Assembly: GCA_016218585.1 (NCBI GenBank)
Contig: JACRDK010000022.1
Span: 1-57,139 of the forward strand
Source of the DNA: Candidatus Doudnabacteria bacterium
GTDB taxonomy: Bacteria > Patescibacteriota > Doudnabacteria > UBA920
DNA length: 57,139 nucleotides
Reading direction: 5' to 3'
Below the pieces are notes generated by a model, which saw nothing but the letters and a program-made list of their open reading frames with translations, was not told the DNA's origin and searched no databases. Each line of letters opens with the position of its first letter. Within the stretch, counting starts at the first letter, position 1. Below are positions 39,097 to 48,295 of the stretch, one piece after another. The translations under genes were made by a program, and so were the position numbers.

Positions 39097-39257
39097 ATAT
39101 AGCTTCAGGTTAATTAACTTTTTAACTGAACAGTAGATAAATTATTAATTATTATTGCCTGTCCAAGCCGGTTTGGCAGGCGGAGAAATGAATTAATTTT
39201 GAACATATGAATTTTAGCAATTTTGTTCAATCTTAGTCATTTTTGGTCAATTAATAT

Positions 39258-39998
39258 ATGTCTTGGAAAGCATTTTTCCTTCTGGTTATTATTATTCTGT
39301 GCGGAATCTTCATTTATTTGAAAGTTCAAATTTTGGGCGACCCGCAGAGCAAATTTAATCAAACAACCAGATATGACTTGGGAAGATATCAGTTTGCCCG
39401 CAGCCTGCTTGGTATGCATAGTTACGGCGACGCCAGAGAATGGTATTTAAAACCGGGAAGCCCCATTGTAATTGAAGCAGTTACGGCAACCGGAGCCGGG
39501 ATGGACGACAAAGCCTTTAATAATTTTGTTCAGGACGTAAAAGAATATACCGGCAGAGAAGTTTCCGTTTTTAACACTGAAAAAATTCCGGGCGGAGTTT
39601 TGTCAGACGCTGATTTAGGGGAAATTGCTTCCAAATATCGCCGGCATGTTTTATCCGGCCAAGCCAACCTGTTTGTAATTTATGCCCAGGATTTTAAGCG
39701 CAGCGGTACGGAAATAGGCAAGACATTTCAGGAATATGGAATAGTGCTTTCCGACAAGCGTTTAAGGGAAGTGACAGCGGATTTTCCGCAGGCCATGGCT
39801 CAATATGTGGAATCAACTCTGCTTCATGAATTTGGCCATCAAATTGGCCTGGATCACAATTCAGAACCCGACTGCATTATGAATGAAAGAGTGGAAAAAC
39901 CGGAAAAATTGAATTTTTTTAGCAGTGAGTATACAAATACGAAATTCTGTAATTTTGAGCTCGGGCAATTAAGTAAAATTAAAGCAACTATTAAATAA
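39258..39998 (+). CDS. Membrane-anchored metzincin-type zinc metalloprotease
   Basis: N-terminal TM; HEFGHQIGLDH and Met-turn 'CIM'. Confidence 0.85.
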   Translation: MSWKAFFLLVIIILCGIFIYLKVQILGDPQSKFNQTTRYDLGRYQFARSLLGMHSYGDAREWYLKPGSPIVIEAVTATGAGMDDKAFNNFVQDVKEYTGREVSVFNTEKIPGGVLSDADLGEIASKYRRHVLSGQANLFVIYAQDFKRSGTEIGKTFQEYGIVLSDKRLREVTADFPQAMAQYVESTLLHEFGHQIGLDHNSEPDCIMNERVEKPEKLNFFSSEYTNTKFCNFELGQLSKIKATIK

Positions 39999-40001
39999 GG
40001 T

Positions 40002-40304
40002 ATGTCACAATCACAGGAACAAAATCAACAATTGCAGGTAAAAATTTCCGATGATGTCTTAAAGGGTTTTTATGCCAACTTGGTTCAGGTTGGTTATGGC
40101 TCCGCCGGTGAGGAATTTATTTTGGACTTTATGAATGTTGTTCCTCCCAGCGGGATTGTTGGTTCAAGAATTATTGTTTCCCCGCAACACATGAAAAGAG
40201 TTGCCGCGGTTTTGGCCGACAACATTAAGCGATATGAAGAGCAATTTGGGCAGATAAAAATATCCGACACGCCCAGCCATAAAATCGGTTTTCGAACTGA
40301 ATAA
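40002..40304 (+). CDS. DUF3467-like protein
   Basis: 'GFYAN...EEFILDF...SRIIVSPQHMKRV...LADNIKRYEEQFGQI'. Confidence 0.85.
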   Translation: MSQSQEQNQQLQVKISDDVLKGFYANLVQVGYGSAGEEFILDFMNVVPPSGIVGSRIIVSPQHMKRVAAVLADNIKRYEEQFGQIKISDTPSHKIGFRTE

Positions 40305-40307
40305 TTA

Positions 40308-40400
40308 AACGCAGAAAATGCTGAAATTAACGCCGAAATACGCGGAAAATAACTGCAGTATTCTGCGTTATTCAGCGTAAAATTCCGCGACAGTCCGCGA
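40308..40400. repeat. CGCGGAA-family tandem-unit palindrome upstream of dnaJ
   Basis: Four units, central ACTGCAGT, four inverted units ending 3 nt before ATG. Confidence 0.88.
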
Positions 40401-40403
40401 ATT

Positions 40404-41543
40404 ATGAATAAAGATTACTATGAAATTTTAGGAGTTTCCAAAAATTCATCCGCTGATGAAATAAAAAAAGCTTTTCGCAAAAAAGCTCACGAGCACCATC
40501 CAGATAAGGGAAATGGAAACGCGGAAAAATTTAAGGAAATTAACGAGGCATACCAGGTCCTTTCCGACGAAAGCAAGCGCCAGCGCTATGACCAGTTCGG
40601 CTCAAACTTTGAGCAGGCTGGCGGATTTGGCGGGGGAGCTCAGGGAAATCCTTTCGGTGGTTTTGACTTTAACGGCGGCGGGTTTGATTTTGGGTCTGAC
40701 TTTGGCGACATTTTTGGCGACATTTTTGGCCGCAACCAGACTCACGCTAGCCGGCGAAATCGCGGGATAGATTTAGAAATGGGAATCTCTATTACATTTG
40801 AGGAAGCGGTTTTTGGAGTTGAAAAAAATATTAGCCTGGAAAAACAGGATACCTGCAAAACTTGTAAAGGAACCGGAGCGGAAGGCGATTCAAAAATAGT
40901 TACCTGTCCTAAGTGCCATGGACAGGGGCAAATTCGCACCACCAGGCAGACAATTTTTGGAGCCGTGGCTTCTTCGGTTGCTTGCGACCGCTGCAGCGGT
41001 ATGGGAAAAATTCCCGAAGTTGCTTGCAAAACTTGCGGCGGTACCGGAGCATTAAGGCAGGAAAAAACTATTGCCGTAAAAATTCCGGCCGGTATAGACA
41101 ATGGCCAGAAAATTAGAATTTCCGGAGAAGGAGAGGCCGGTTATCGAGGTTCGACCCCCGGAGATTTATATTTGGCGGTAAAAGTTTCGGCTTCAAAAGA
41201 TTATGCCCGCGACGGATTTACTTTGCATAAAGAATTGCCCATTAGTTTTACCCAAGCCGCTTTGGGCGCAAAAATTATTGTAAAAACATTAGACGGAGAT
41301 ATTGAATTAAAAGTTCCTTCCGGCACGCAAAGCGCGACAGTGTTCAGAATAAAGGGCAAAGGCGTTCCGCATTTAAATGACCCGGGCAGAAGAGGGGATT
41401 TAATGATTACCGTGCACGTAGTAACCCCAAAAAAGCTTTCCAAGAAAGAAAAAGAGCTGTTAAAAGAAATTGCCCAGGAACGAGGTGAAGCCGTGCAAAT
41501 AGACGACAGTTTATGGGACAGCATAAAAGAAAGTTTTAAATAA
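40404..41543 (+). CDS. dnaJ: Chaperone DnaJ
   Basis: J domain HPD, G/F region, four CxxCxGxG repeats. Confidence 0.99.
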   Translation: MNKDYYEILGVSKNSSADEIKKAFRKKAHEHHPDKGNGNAEKFKEINEAYQVLSDESKRQRYDQFGSNFEQAGGFGGGAQGNPFGGFDFNGGGFDFGSDFGDIFGDIFGRNQTHASRRNRGIDLEMGISITFEEAVFGVEKNISLEKQDTCKTCKGTGAEGDSKIVTCPKCHGQGQIRTTRQTIFGAVASSVACDRCSGMGKIPEVACKTCGGTGALRQEKTIAVKIPAGIDNGQKIRISGEGEAGYRGSTPGDLYLAVKVSASKDYARDGFTLHKELPISFTQAALGAKIIVKTLDGDIELKVPSGTQSATVFRIKGKGVPHLNDPGRRGDLMITVHVVTPKKLSKKEKELLKEIAQERGEAVQIDDSLWDSIKESFK

Positions 41544-41643
41544 AATATCTTGAGGGGGTTAAAAAGCACCGCTATTAGGCGGAGCTTTTTTATTTGGTAA
41601 GTTTGTGGTATAATAAAAGAAATTACAAGATCTAGAAACAAAA

Positions 41644-42189
41644 ATGATTTCCACTAACGAAGCTAATCAGCTTATTCAAAATTTCAACTGGCATACGCCC
41701 AGCTGGGATTTATTTATTATATTGTTCTGGGGTGTGGCCTCGGTTTTTTATGCCTTTGCCGCAGGCCGCGGGCGAATTATTAGTTTGTTAATGAGTTTGT
41801 ATATTGCCAAGTTATTGGTGCTCGAAGCCCCCTGGCTTACCAGCGCTATAAATCAAAAATTGCCCAGTTCATTCGCGTCGTTGCAGCAACTGGTGAGTTT
41901 TTTAATTATTTTTGTTGCTTTATTTATTTTGCTATCACGCTATGCCTTTAGGACTTCCGCAGACGGCAGGCATTTCGGCTCAATTCCATTTGCTTTGGTT
42001 TTTGCGGTATTGCAGGTTGGTTTGTTAATTAATACAATTTTAGGTTTTTTAGCGGTTTCCGGAAAAACTTTTTCGCCGCTTGTTAGTTTTTTATTTTTAT
42101 CTAATTCCTCAGGTTTTATTTGGCTATTGCTTCCCCTGGTATTCTTAATAGTGCTTGGCCGTTCTATTGCCGACCCTAACGAGATATAG
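41644..42189 (+). CDS. Polytopic membrane protein
   Basis: About 5 TM helices; own TGGTATAAT promoter. Confidence 0.75.
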   Translation: MISTNEANQLIQNFNWHTPSWDLFIILFWGVASVFYAFAAGRGRIISLLMSLYIAKLLVLEAPWLTSAINQKLPSSFASLQQLVSFLIIFVALFILLSRYAFRTSADGRHFGSIPFALVFAVLQVGLLINTILGFLAVSGKTFSPLVSFLFLSNSSGFIWLLLPLVFLIVLGRSIADPNEI

Positions 42190-42232
42190 GCAGCTTTCTA
42201 TAATCTAAAATCTTCAATCTAATTCCTAACGT

Positions 42233-42613
42233 ATGAAGCATATAATTTTAATGGTAGACGACGACACGCTAATTTTGAACACTTTAAAAAAGCGTTTCGA
42301 AAACTGGGATACGCAAGTTTACGCCGCCGATACCCCGGAACAGGCGAAAAAAATTTTAAAAGACGTGACCCCGGAAATTATTATTTTAGATTTATTGTTG
42401 ACCAAAGATGACGGTTCAACCGGCGTGCTGGATTATTTACGCACAGAACCTCGGCTGCAGAATATTCCGGTGCTGGTTCTAACCAACTTAGACAAGCCAG
42501 AGCTAAAACAAATGCTGCTTTCGCAGGGCGTAAAGGAATATTTAATTAAAGGCAGTATGACCCTGGATGACTTATATAACAAAGTAATAAGTTATTTAGA
42601 GCCAAAAAATTAA
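42233..42613 (+). CDS. Single-domain response regulator (receiver)
   Basis: 'ILMVDDD', 'PEIIILDLLL', 'IPVLVLTN', 'YLIK'. Confidence 0.92.
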   Translation: MKHIILMVDDDTLILNTLKKRFENWDTQVYAADTPEQAKKILKDVTPEIIILDLLLTKDDGSTGVLDYLRTEPRLQNIPVLVLTNLDKPELKQMLLSQGVKEYLIKGSMTLDDLYNKVISYLEPKN

Positions 42614-42625
42614 TAATAAATTTTC

Positions 42626-43348
42626 ATGGAAAATTTTTCAATAGAGCCGCCAAAACCGGCGGCTGCTGTTTCAAAAGAAGGGTTCCAATGGACAAAAATT
42701 ATTTTAGCTTTTACTCTCGGCGCTCTTTTAATGGGGGCTTTGGTTTATTTTTATCAGCAGCAAAAAATAGACAAAATGCAGATTGCTTTTGCCAACAGGG
42801 GTTTAACAAATATGCAGAATTCTGGCCAAAACTTGGTCCCATCGGCCAGCGCTTTGTATGGGATGGATAACGTGCCTCTGCCGGTGAGTGTTAAAAAACA
42901 GGATTTTGCAGAAGCGTCTTTGGTGAAATGGCTAAGTAACGATAATGCCTTTGCTTTAACAGGCCTTGAATGGGGAACTTACGAGGTAACTCCGGAAATG
43001 GCAATGAAGGGTAACTGGACTAAACAATATAGCCAAAAGAAGCAGGTTAATTTGATTGTTTTGAAATTAAAAGTTACCACTGGTGAAAGCGCAAGTAGCT
43101 GTGTGGACCAAACAATTAGAATGGAGCTTAATGGCGATAAATTTCAGCCTTTAAACAGGCAATTTATATTTCCTGATTCGCATGGCTGCGTTGCCGCGCC
43201 AAATTCTACATATAAAGATATGCTTTTATATTTTGAAAGTCCGGCTCAGGAAGACGCTTTTACTTTTACCGATGGGAAACCAAGATTTACAATTTATAAA
43301 AATTCTTCCGGTGGTTACGACGTTATCTTATTAGGCGGACAACAATAG
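42626..43348 (+). CDS. Membrane-anchored extracellular protein
   Basis: Single N-terminal TM, beta-rich domain with 2 Cys. Confidence 0.7.
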   Translation: MENFSIEPPKPAAAVSKEGFQWTKIILAFTLGALLMGALVYFYQQQKIDKMQIAFANRGLTNMQNSGQNLVPSASALYGMDNVPLPVSVKKQDFAEASLVKWLSNDNAFALTGLEWGTYEVTPEMAMKGNWTKQYSQKKQVNLIVLKLKVTTGESASSCVDQTIRMELNGDKFQPLNRQFIFPDSHGCVAAPNSTYKDMLLYFESPAQEDAFTFTDGKPRFTIYKNSSGGYDVILLGGQQ

Positions 43349-43372
43349 TTTCAGGATATTTGTATCGTTAAA

Positions 43373-43409
43373 AAATTGACCATAATTGAATTCAATTATG
43401 GTCAATTTT
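43373..43409. terminator. Perfect palindrome between convergent genes
   Basis: aaaattgaccataattgaattcaattatggtcaatttt. Confidence 0.7.
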
Positions 43410-43434
43410 ATTTAATTTAAAAATTTTACTTAAT

Positions 43435-44376
43435 TTATTTGCTCCATCTGGTGAAAATTCCGGTAGAGATTGTTCTGCCGGATTTTTGTTTTAGGCAGAG
43501 TTCACCGAATTCAATTTTTCCGGGAAGATTTTTGGTTTTGCTTTCAAGCAGGTTGTTTAAGGACAGCGCTGATGAATTGGTGGCATAACCGTTTATTAGC
43601 AAAAATTTTGCATTTGGCGAAAGAAGTTTGATGCAAGTTTCTAATAGTCCAGGCAAGTCGTCATTAAACCTCCAGGTTTTACCCGTGGGGGAATGGCCAA
43701 AAGCCGGCGGATCCATAATAATGCCGTCATACTTGGCTCCCCGTTTTAATTCCCGGGTGGCGAATTTTACCGCATCATCAAAAATCCAGCGAACAGATTC
43801 TTTGGGGAGTTTATTTAATTTATGGTTTTCATTTGCCCAGGTAATGGTTGGCTTGGAAGCGTCGACATGGGTAACAACTGCGCCCGCTTTAGCCAAAACC
43901 ATTGTCGCACCTCCGGTATACGCAAATAAATTTAAAACTTTAAATTTATTTGTAAGTTGCAAGTTATCAGGTTCCAAGTTTATCAAGTCCCGATCTTTTC
44001 TGTTTTGCTTTATAACTTTATCACCTGACGGACTTGATAACTTGTCTAGCATCCATTCCCAGTTTGCAGCTTGTTCCGCAAAAATGCCGGTGTGTTTAAA
44101 AGGGGAGAGTTTGAGTAAAAATTTGCAGTTTTGAAAATCTATAGTCCAACTTTTAGGAATGGGCTTATTTATTTTCCAACTTCCTTTATCTTCGCCGCCG
44201 CCAGCTTTAAAAACGGCATTGGCGCTTTGCCAAAGTTCGGGTGCTTCGCTTTTTTCCCAGATAATTTGCGGATCGGGGCGCGCCAAAACAATATTGCCCC
44301 AGCGTTCTAAACGCTGTCCGTCGCCGGTGTCTAATAACTCATAACCGGTAAATTTTTTAAATGATTCAAGTAACAT
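43435..44376 (-). CDS. RlmI/RlmK-like SAM-dependent methyltransferase
   Basis: 'YELLDTGDGQRLERWG', 'FKHTGIFAEQAANW', 'VLNLFAYTGG', 'YDGIIMDPPAFG'. Confidence 0.9.
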   Translation of the reverse strand: MLLESFKKFTGYELLDTGDGQRLERWGNIVLARPDPQIIWEKSEAPELWQSANAVFKAGGGEDKGSWKINKPIPKSWTIDFQNCKFLLKLSPFKHTGIFAEQAANWEWMLDKLSSPSGDKVIKQNRKDRDLINLEPDNLQLTNKFKVLNLFAYTGGATMVLAKAGAVVTHVDASKPTITWANENHKLNKLPKESVRWIFDDAVKFATRELKRGAKYDGIIMDPPAFGHSPTGKTWRFNDDLPGLLETCIKLLSPNAKFLLINGYATNSSALSLNNLLESKTKNLPGKIEFGELCLKQKSGRTISTGIFTRWSK

Positions 44377-44381
44377 AGAGA

Positions 44382-44470
44382 TTACTAATACGCGATACAA
44401 ATATACTAATTTACTAATGTTAACGAAATAAAGACATTAGTTATCATTAGTCTTCATTAGTATATTGGTA
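44382..44470. repeat. TACTAAT-family tandem-unit palindrome
   Basis: tactaat..tactaatttactaat / attagt..attagt..attagtatattggta. Confidence 0.8.
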
Positions 44471-44480
44471 TCTTTTATTA

Positions 44481-44852
44481 TTATTCCTGTTCCGATAAAG
44501 TTATATCGCCCAGAACAAAATTTTGCCAGGTTCCTTCATAAGAAACCCTGACTTTTTTGCCGATTAGAGAACTGAAGTCCCGGTTGCTGCGAATATAAAT
44601 ATTTCGTTCGCTGGTTACCAATAATAAATTTCCTTTGGCCGCGTTGTCAGATTTCTGCAAAGTGCCGGTCCAAACATCTGATTTAGCGGAAGGAGTGCTG
44701 TCGGTTGGTTGAACTGTCTGCTGTTGGTTTTGGTTTTGTTGCTGCTGCGCCGGCTGCTTATCTGCTTTTTTGCTTAGGGAAAGCCAAAGAGCGGCTATGA
44801 CTATTACAGCTACCCCGATCCAGCCGTATAGTTGTTGATTCTTAATATTCAT
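44481..44852 (-). CDS. Membrane-anchored protein with Q-rich linker and small beta domain
   Basis: TM, QQQQNQNQQQ linker, OB-fold-like C-terminus. Confidence 0.7.
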   Translation of the reverse strand: MNIKNQQLYGWIGVAVIVIAALWLSLSKKADKQPAQQQQNQNQQQTVQPTDSTPSAKSDVWTGTLQKSDNAAKGNLLLVTSERNIYIRSNRDFSSLIGKKVRVSYEGTWQNFVLGDITLSEQE

Positions 44853-44955
44853 ATTTGTATATGATTAATTCTTTCTGCTGTTAGTTTCGCCCTTTTTTCA
44901 AGTTTTGTAAAGAGCTTCTTGAAATTATAAAACCTCCAAATCTTTGGAGGTTTTT

Positions 44956-45031
44956 TGGTGGGTCCGGTGGGGATCGAACCCACGACAAACGGCTTAAAAG
45001 GCCGCTGCTCTACCAACTGAGCTACAGACCC
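44956..45031 (-). tRNA. tRNA-Lys(TTT)
   Basis: GGGTCTGTAGCTCAGTTGGTAGAGCAGCGGCCTTTTAAGCCGTTTGTCGTGGGTTCGATCCCCACCGGACCCACCA (76 nt). Confidence 0.98.
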
Positions 45032-45169
45032 ACAATAGTTGGAAGAAAATGTATTTCTATGATATTTTACAATATTTCCCGGATTTTATCAAGGGGCTCG
45101 TATTTGTTGAAAGTTTATCCACATTGTTTTTTTAACCGCGTAGTTATATAATAAATATAGAAAAAAATC

Positions 45170-45661
45170 ATGCGAAATAAAAAACAATTTAAAAATGAGG
45201 GTTTTACACTGATAGAATTGCTCGTAGTTATCGCGATTATAGCTTTATTGTCTTCTGTTGCGTTAATTGCTTTTATGTCAGCCAGACAAAAATCCCGCGA
45301 CACCAAGCGCTTGGGTGATATGACCCAAATGAACACAGCCTTGGAGTTATATTTTTCTACTTATAAAGGATATCCTTCTTCTCCCATTCCAGGCATACCG
45401 GCAGGGATGGCGCCGGAAGTCTTGTCCAGCTTGCCGGTAGCCCCAAAGCCGACCGACGGTTCTTGCGACTCCATTGTTTATCCGTCTCCCGTTCCTGGCG
45501 GACATACCGGAGCCGACTACTATTATTATCCAAGCGGGACTTCTTTTTTGAGCAACGGCATTTTGGTTTATAATGATTACGCTTATTATTTCTGCCTTGG
45601 CGACAAAACCGGAGATTATGCCGGCGGCATGAGAATTCTTACCCCAAAAGGTTTAAGATAA
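45170..45661 (+). CDS. Type IV pilin / pseudopilin (third paralog)
   Basis: 'EG|FTLIELLVVIAIIALLSSVAL', 'ARQKSRDTKR', 'DGSC...FCLGDKTG'. Confidence 0.9.
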   Translation: MRNKKQFKNEGFTLIELLVVIAIIALLSSVALIAFMSARQKSRDTKRLGDMTQMNTALELYFSTYKGYPSSPIPGIPAGMAPEVLSSLPVAPKPTDGSCDSIVYPSPVPGGHTGADYYYYPSGTSFLSNGILVYNDYAYYFCLGDKTGDYAGGMRILTPKGLR

Positions 45662-45671
45662 TTTAGTTTAC

Positions 45672-45696
45672 AAAACCCCCGAATTCGGGGGTTTTT
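45672..45696 (+). terminator. Rho-independent terminator
   Basis: aaaacccccg-aatt-cgggggtttt. Confidence 0.8.
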
Positions 45697-45727
45697 AAAT
45701 TTCCGCCCAGGCGGTATAATTAAGCCT

Positions 45728-47125
45728 ATGGAGAATTTGGAACAATTAAAATCCGCGGTGCTCAACAAGCAAAAAACCCTCGCTGCCATTTATCATAATA
45801 GCGGGGGGTTAACTTTGGCCGACTACGTTTTAAGCTGGCGACTTTCAAAAAAAGAGCCCGAGGCGAATTTCGCAAAAATTATTAAGTTTTTGCTCGCGGA
45901 TATTTATGGCCAGGATGAGGCTGAAAAAATTTCCGGCCAAATTCAAAAATTTCCATTAGTTTCCACGATTGACCACCATGGAATCTTTGGCCACCCGTTT
46001 TTTTTGAATGCTAACTTGCTGTTTTCCTTAAGGAACGATTTAAAATTTTTGCCCGTTTTAACGACCAGCGGAGTTTCTTTAAATAATTCTTCCTGGCCGG
46101 CGTGTTTAGTTTTGTCTGATAAATTTGGAAAACAAATAAGATTGTCTTTTTTCCACGATGGCCATAAAACAAAAACTGCCTTTGCGGCACAAAAAATAGA
46201 AAAGCGGGATGTGGAAAATATTCGCAAACAAATAAAAGGGCTAAAATTTTTGGATGGCTTAAAGCAGAAAAAACTGGACGAGTTGGTTAAAAAAGTTTTT
46301 TTGTCTCCTGAGGTTTTGGAAAGAAAAATTTTTTCCGACCAGGCTTGTATTATAAGCCGGATGCTTTGGGCTGAAGTTTTTCCCGAAGCCCCAAAATTAG
46401 CATATTTGCCTTTGGAAGATTTGGTGGGGGAGTTAATTGTTAAAGACATCGCGAATAATAAAAATCATTTTTTATGCCAATTGCTTTTTACTTCTTCTGG
46501 CTTTGATCTGGCTGAAAAGTATTTTACCGGGTTAAAAGGCGCATTTGGGTTTGGAAAAGGGAGCTTTTTATTTTGGGAGGTTGACGGCTTTGGCAGGCGC
46601 CGGGCTTTAAGCAGGCAAGATTTAGAAACAAAATATCGGGATTTAGCGGAAGGAATAAGCAATGACTTAAAAGACAGAAAAATTTATCCAACCAGTTTAG
46701 TTTGTTTTTTGGTAAGTTTATTTTATGGCTTAAACTGTCTTGGCGGATTTAATCAAACCAGTTGGCTTACGGATATAAAAGAAAAGTTTGTCGCCTTGCT
46801 TTCGGAAAGGGGGGAGACGGAACTTGCGGCTAGGATTTCCCAGGTTGTTACAGATAATTTTGCGGAAACCCCCGTGGCTTTTTCTTTAGCCAATAATGTT
46901 TTACTTAAACCTTCGTTGTTAGACTTGTATTTAAATAACGCGAGTTATTCCTCTATAATTAACAATGCCCGCAAAATCACGCTAGCCCAAAGCCTGGAAA
47001 CTGAGCTGCCGGAGATTTATAAGATTGTTATGCCGGAGCTTGATCGTTTGCCTGAGTTGTCTGCCATAACTTCCGGCCAAATTGCCCAAAATAACGGTTT
47101 GACAAAGAAATTGGATTTGATATAA
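45728..47125 (+). CDS. Uncharacterised soluble protein, 465 aa
   Basis: Long ORF with host-like codon usage; motif-like 'STIDHHG..GHPFF', 'SLNNSSWP', 'GGFNQTSWL'. Confidence 0.8.
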   Translation: MENLEQLKSAVLNKQKTLAAIYHNSGGLTLADYVLSWRLSKKEPEANFAKIIKFLLADIYGQDEAEKISGQIQKFPLVSTIDHHGIFGHPFFLNANLLFSLRNDLKFLPVLTTSGVSLNNSSWPACLVLSDKFGKQIRLSFFHDGHKTKTAFAAQKIEKRDVENIRKQIKGLKFLDGLKQKKLDELVKKVFLSPEVLERKIFSDQACIISRMLWAEVFPEAPKLAYLPLEDLVGELIVKDIANNKNHFLCQLLFTSSGFDLAEKYFTGLKGAFGFGKGSFLFWEVDGFGRRRALSRQDLETKYRDLAEGISNDLKDRKIYPTSLVCFLVSLFYGLNCLGGFNQTSWLTDIKEKFVALLSERGETELAARISQVVTDNFAETPVAFSLANNVLLKPSLLDLYLNNASYSSIINNARKITLAQSLETELPEIYKIVMPELDRLPELSAITSGQIAQNNGLTKKLDLI

Positions 47126-47131
47126 TTAAAT

Positions 47132-47264
47132 AACTTATGAAACGCATTACTCAAAATTTTTGGTTTTATTTTACCCCGATCGTTGAGACCGGAAATTTTG
47201 AGTTGAAAAAATCCTAAACCTTTCGACTTCTAATTCCCGAGCTCAACTGAGCGTCGGGATTTTT
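47132..47264 (+). ncRNA. Candidate sRNA / 26-aa peptide gene (ORF 47137-47217)
   Basis: TTGACA(47099)-16-TATAAT; 20-bp stem 47149-47168/47184-47203 with G-U pairs; terminator tcccga..tcggga+T tract. Confidence 0.45.
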
Positions 47265-47332
47265 TATTTGTCTTTCGACTTATCGACGGCCAAATAAATA
47301 TAAATTGTTTGAAAAACCCTTAGGAGGGAAAG

Positions 47333-47539
47333 ATGGAAGGTAAACCAGTAATTAGACCAGTATGTGAATGTGGTTGGGAGCTTGATTTGCCGTCCGGCAC
47401 ATGTTCTAACCCGAAGTGTTATGTGCAGTTTGTTCCTGTGCCGCCTGAATCGAAACCTAAAGCCAAGCGCCCGGCTTTTGCCACCGATGAAGAATTTCAA
47501 CGCTGGAAAAACGGACGGCCTAATGAAGTTCGTTTTTAG
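47333..47539 (+). CDS. Small orphan protein with CxC...CxxxxC (possible Zn ribbon)
   Basis: AGGAGGGA SD; 'CECG...CSNPKC'. Confidence 0.55.
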   Translation: MEGKPVIRPVCECGWELDLPSGTCSNPKCYVQFVPVPPESKPKAKRPAFATDEEFQRWKNGRPNEVRF

Positions 47540-47892
47540 GACTGTTGCCCATGAGGGCGAGGAATTTATGTCCCGGCCCCGGGAACATTTTCCTGGCCCT
47601 CTTTGGGCCAAAACAAACGCTGCTGAAAGGAGAAAAGCATGAATGAAGTCTGGTTTTGATTACCGAGCCGAAGCGGGTTTCTTTGGCAGCCGGGGGAGAG
47701 TTTCCTTCTCCCCCGCAAAATTTATTTTTTTATATATTTATGAACAATTTAAATAATTCATTTTCAGTCTCGTGGTATACATTGCCGGGTGTTTGAATTT
47801 GGCAATTTTGAGCTGCAAGATTATTGGCTCCAGTTTGCCGGATTCAACAAGGTCCGGCTTTTTTGTTTGGCAGAAAATTTTAAGGAGCGAAT

Positions 47893-48159
47893 ATGAACAA
47901 CCGTTTAAAGAGAGTCCTGATTACAAAGCTGCAGGCATTCAAGAATCAGCACAAGCATTGGAACGGGCCGCAACAGCAACTTTTCAGTGCCTTGAGCGGA
48001 AAACGCGGGCTGTGGAGTGTCCGTTGCTGTGCGAAATGCCTGGAAGAGGTAATCGGGTCCAAAGATCAACTCAATCATCACTGCGGCGAGCTGATTGTTG
48101 AAGTTCAGATCAAGGAGCCCAAAAAAGTTCCGGGCGACTATGTCTCAGCTTGGGAGTAG
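47893..48159 (+). CDS. Orphan hypothetical protein
   Basis: AAGGAG SD; 'CCAKC..HHC'; terminator atccgttcccctt/aaggggaacggat 48186-48215. Confidence 0.6.
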   Translation: MNNRLKRVLITKLQAFKNQHKHWNGPQQQLFSALSGKRGLWSVRCCAKCLEEVIGSKDQLNHHCGELIVEVQIKEPKKVPGDYVSAWE

Positions 48160-48226
48160 TAAAGGGCTTTGCCAAACCGCCATCTATCCGTTCCCCTTAT
48201 TTAAGGGGAACGGATAAACTTTTTTC

Positions 48227-48275
48227 TTGACAAAGTGCCAAAAATAGTGTATGATAAGTATGTAATGACATACTT
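48227..48275 (+). promoter_or_regulatory. Promoter with adjacent inverted-repeat operator
   Basis: TTGACA-17-TATGAT followed by AAGTATGT-AATG-ACATACTT. Confidence 0.7.
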
Positions 48276-48295
48276 TAATTTTTTGGAGGCAAATA

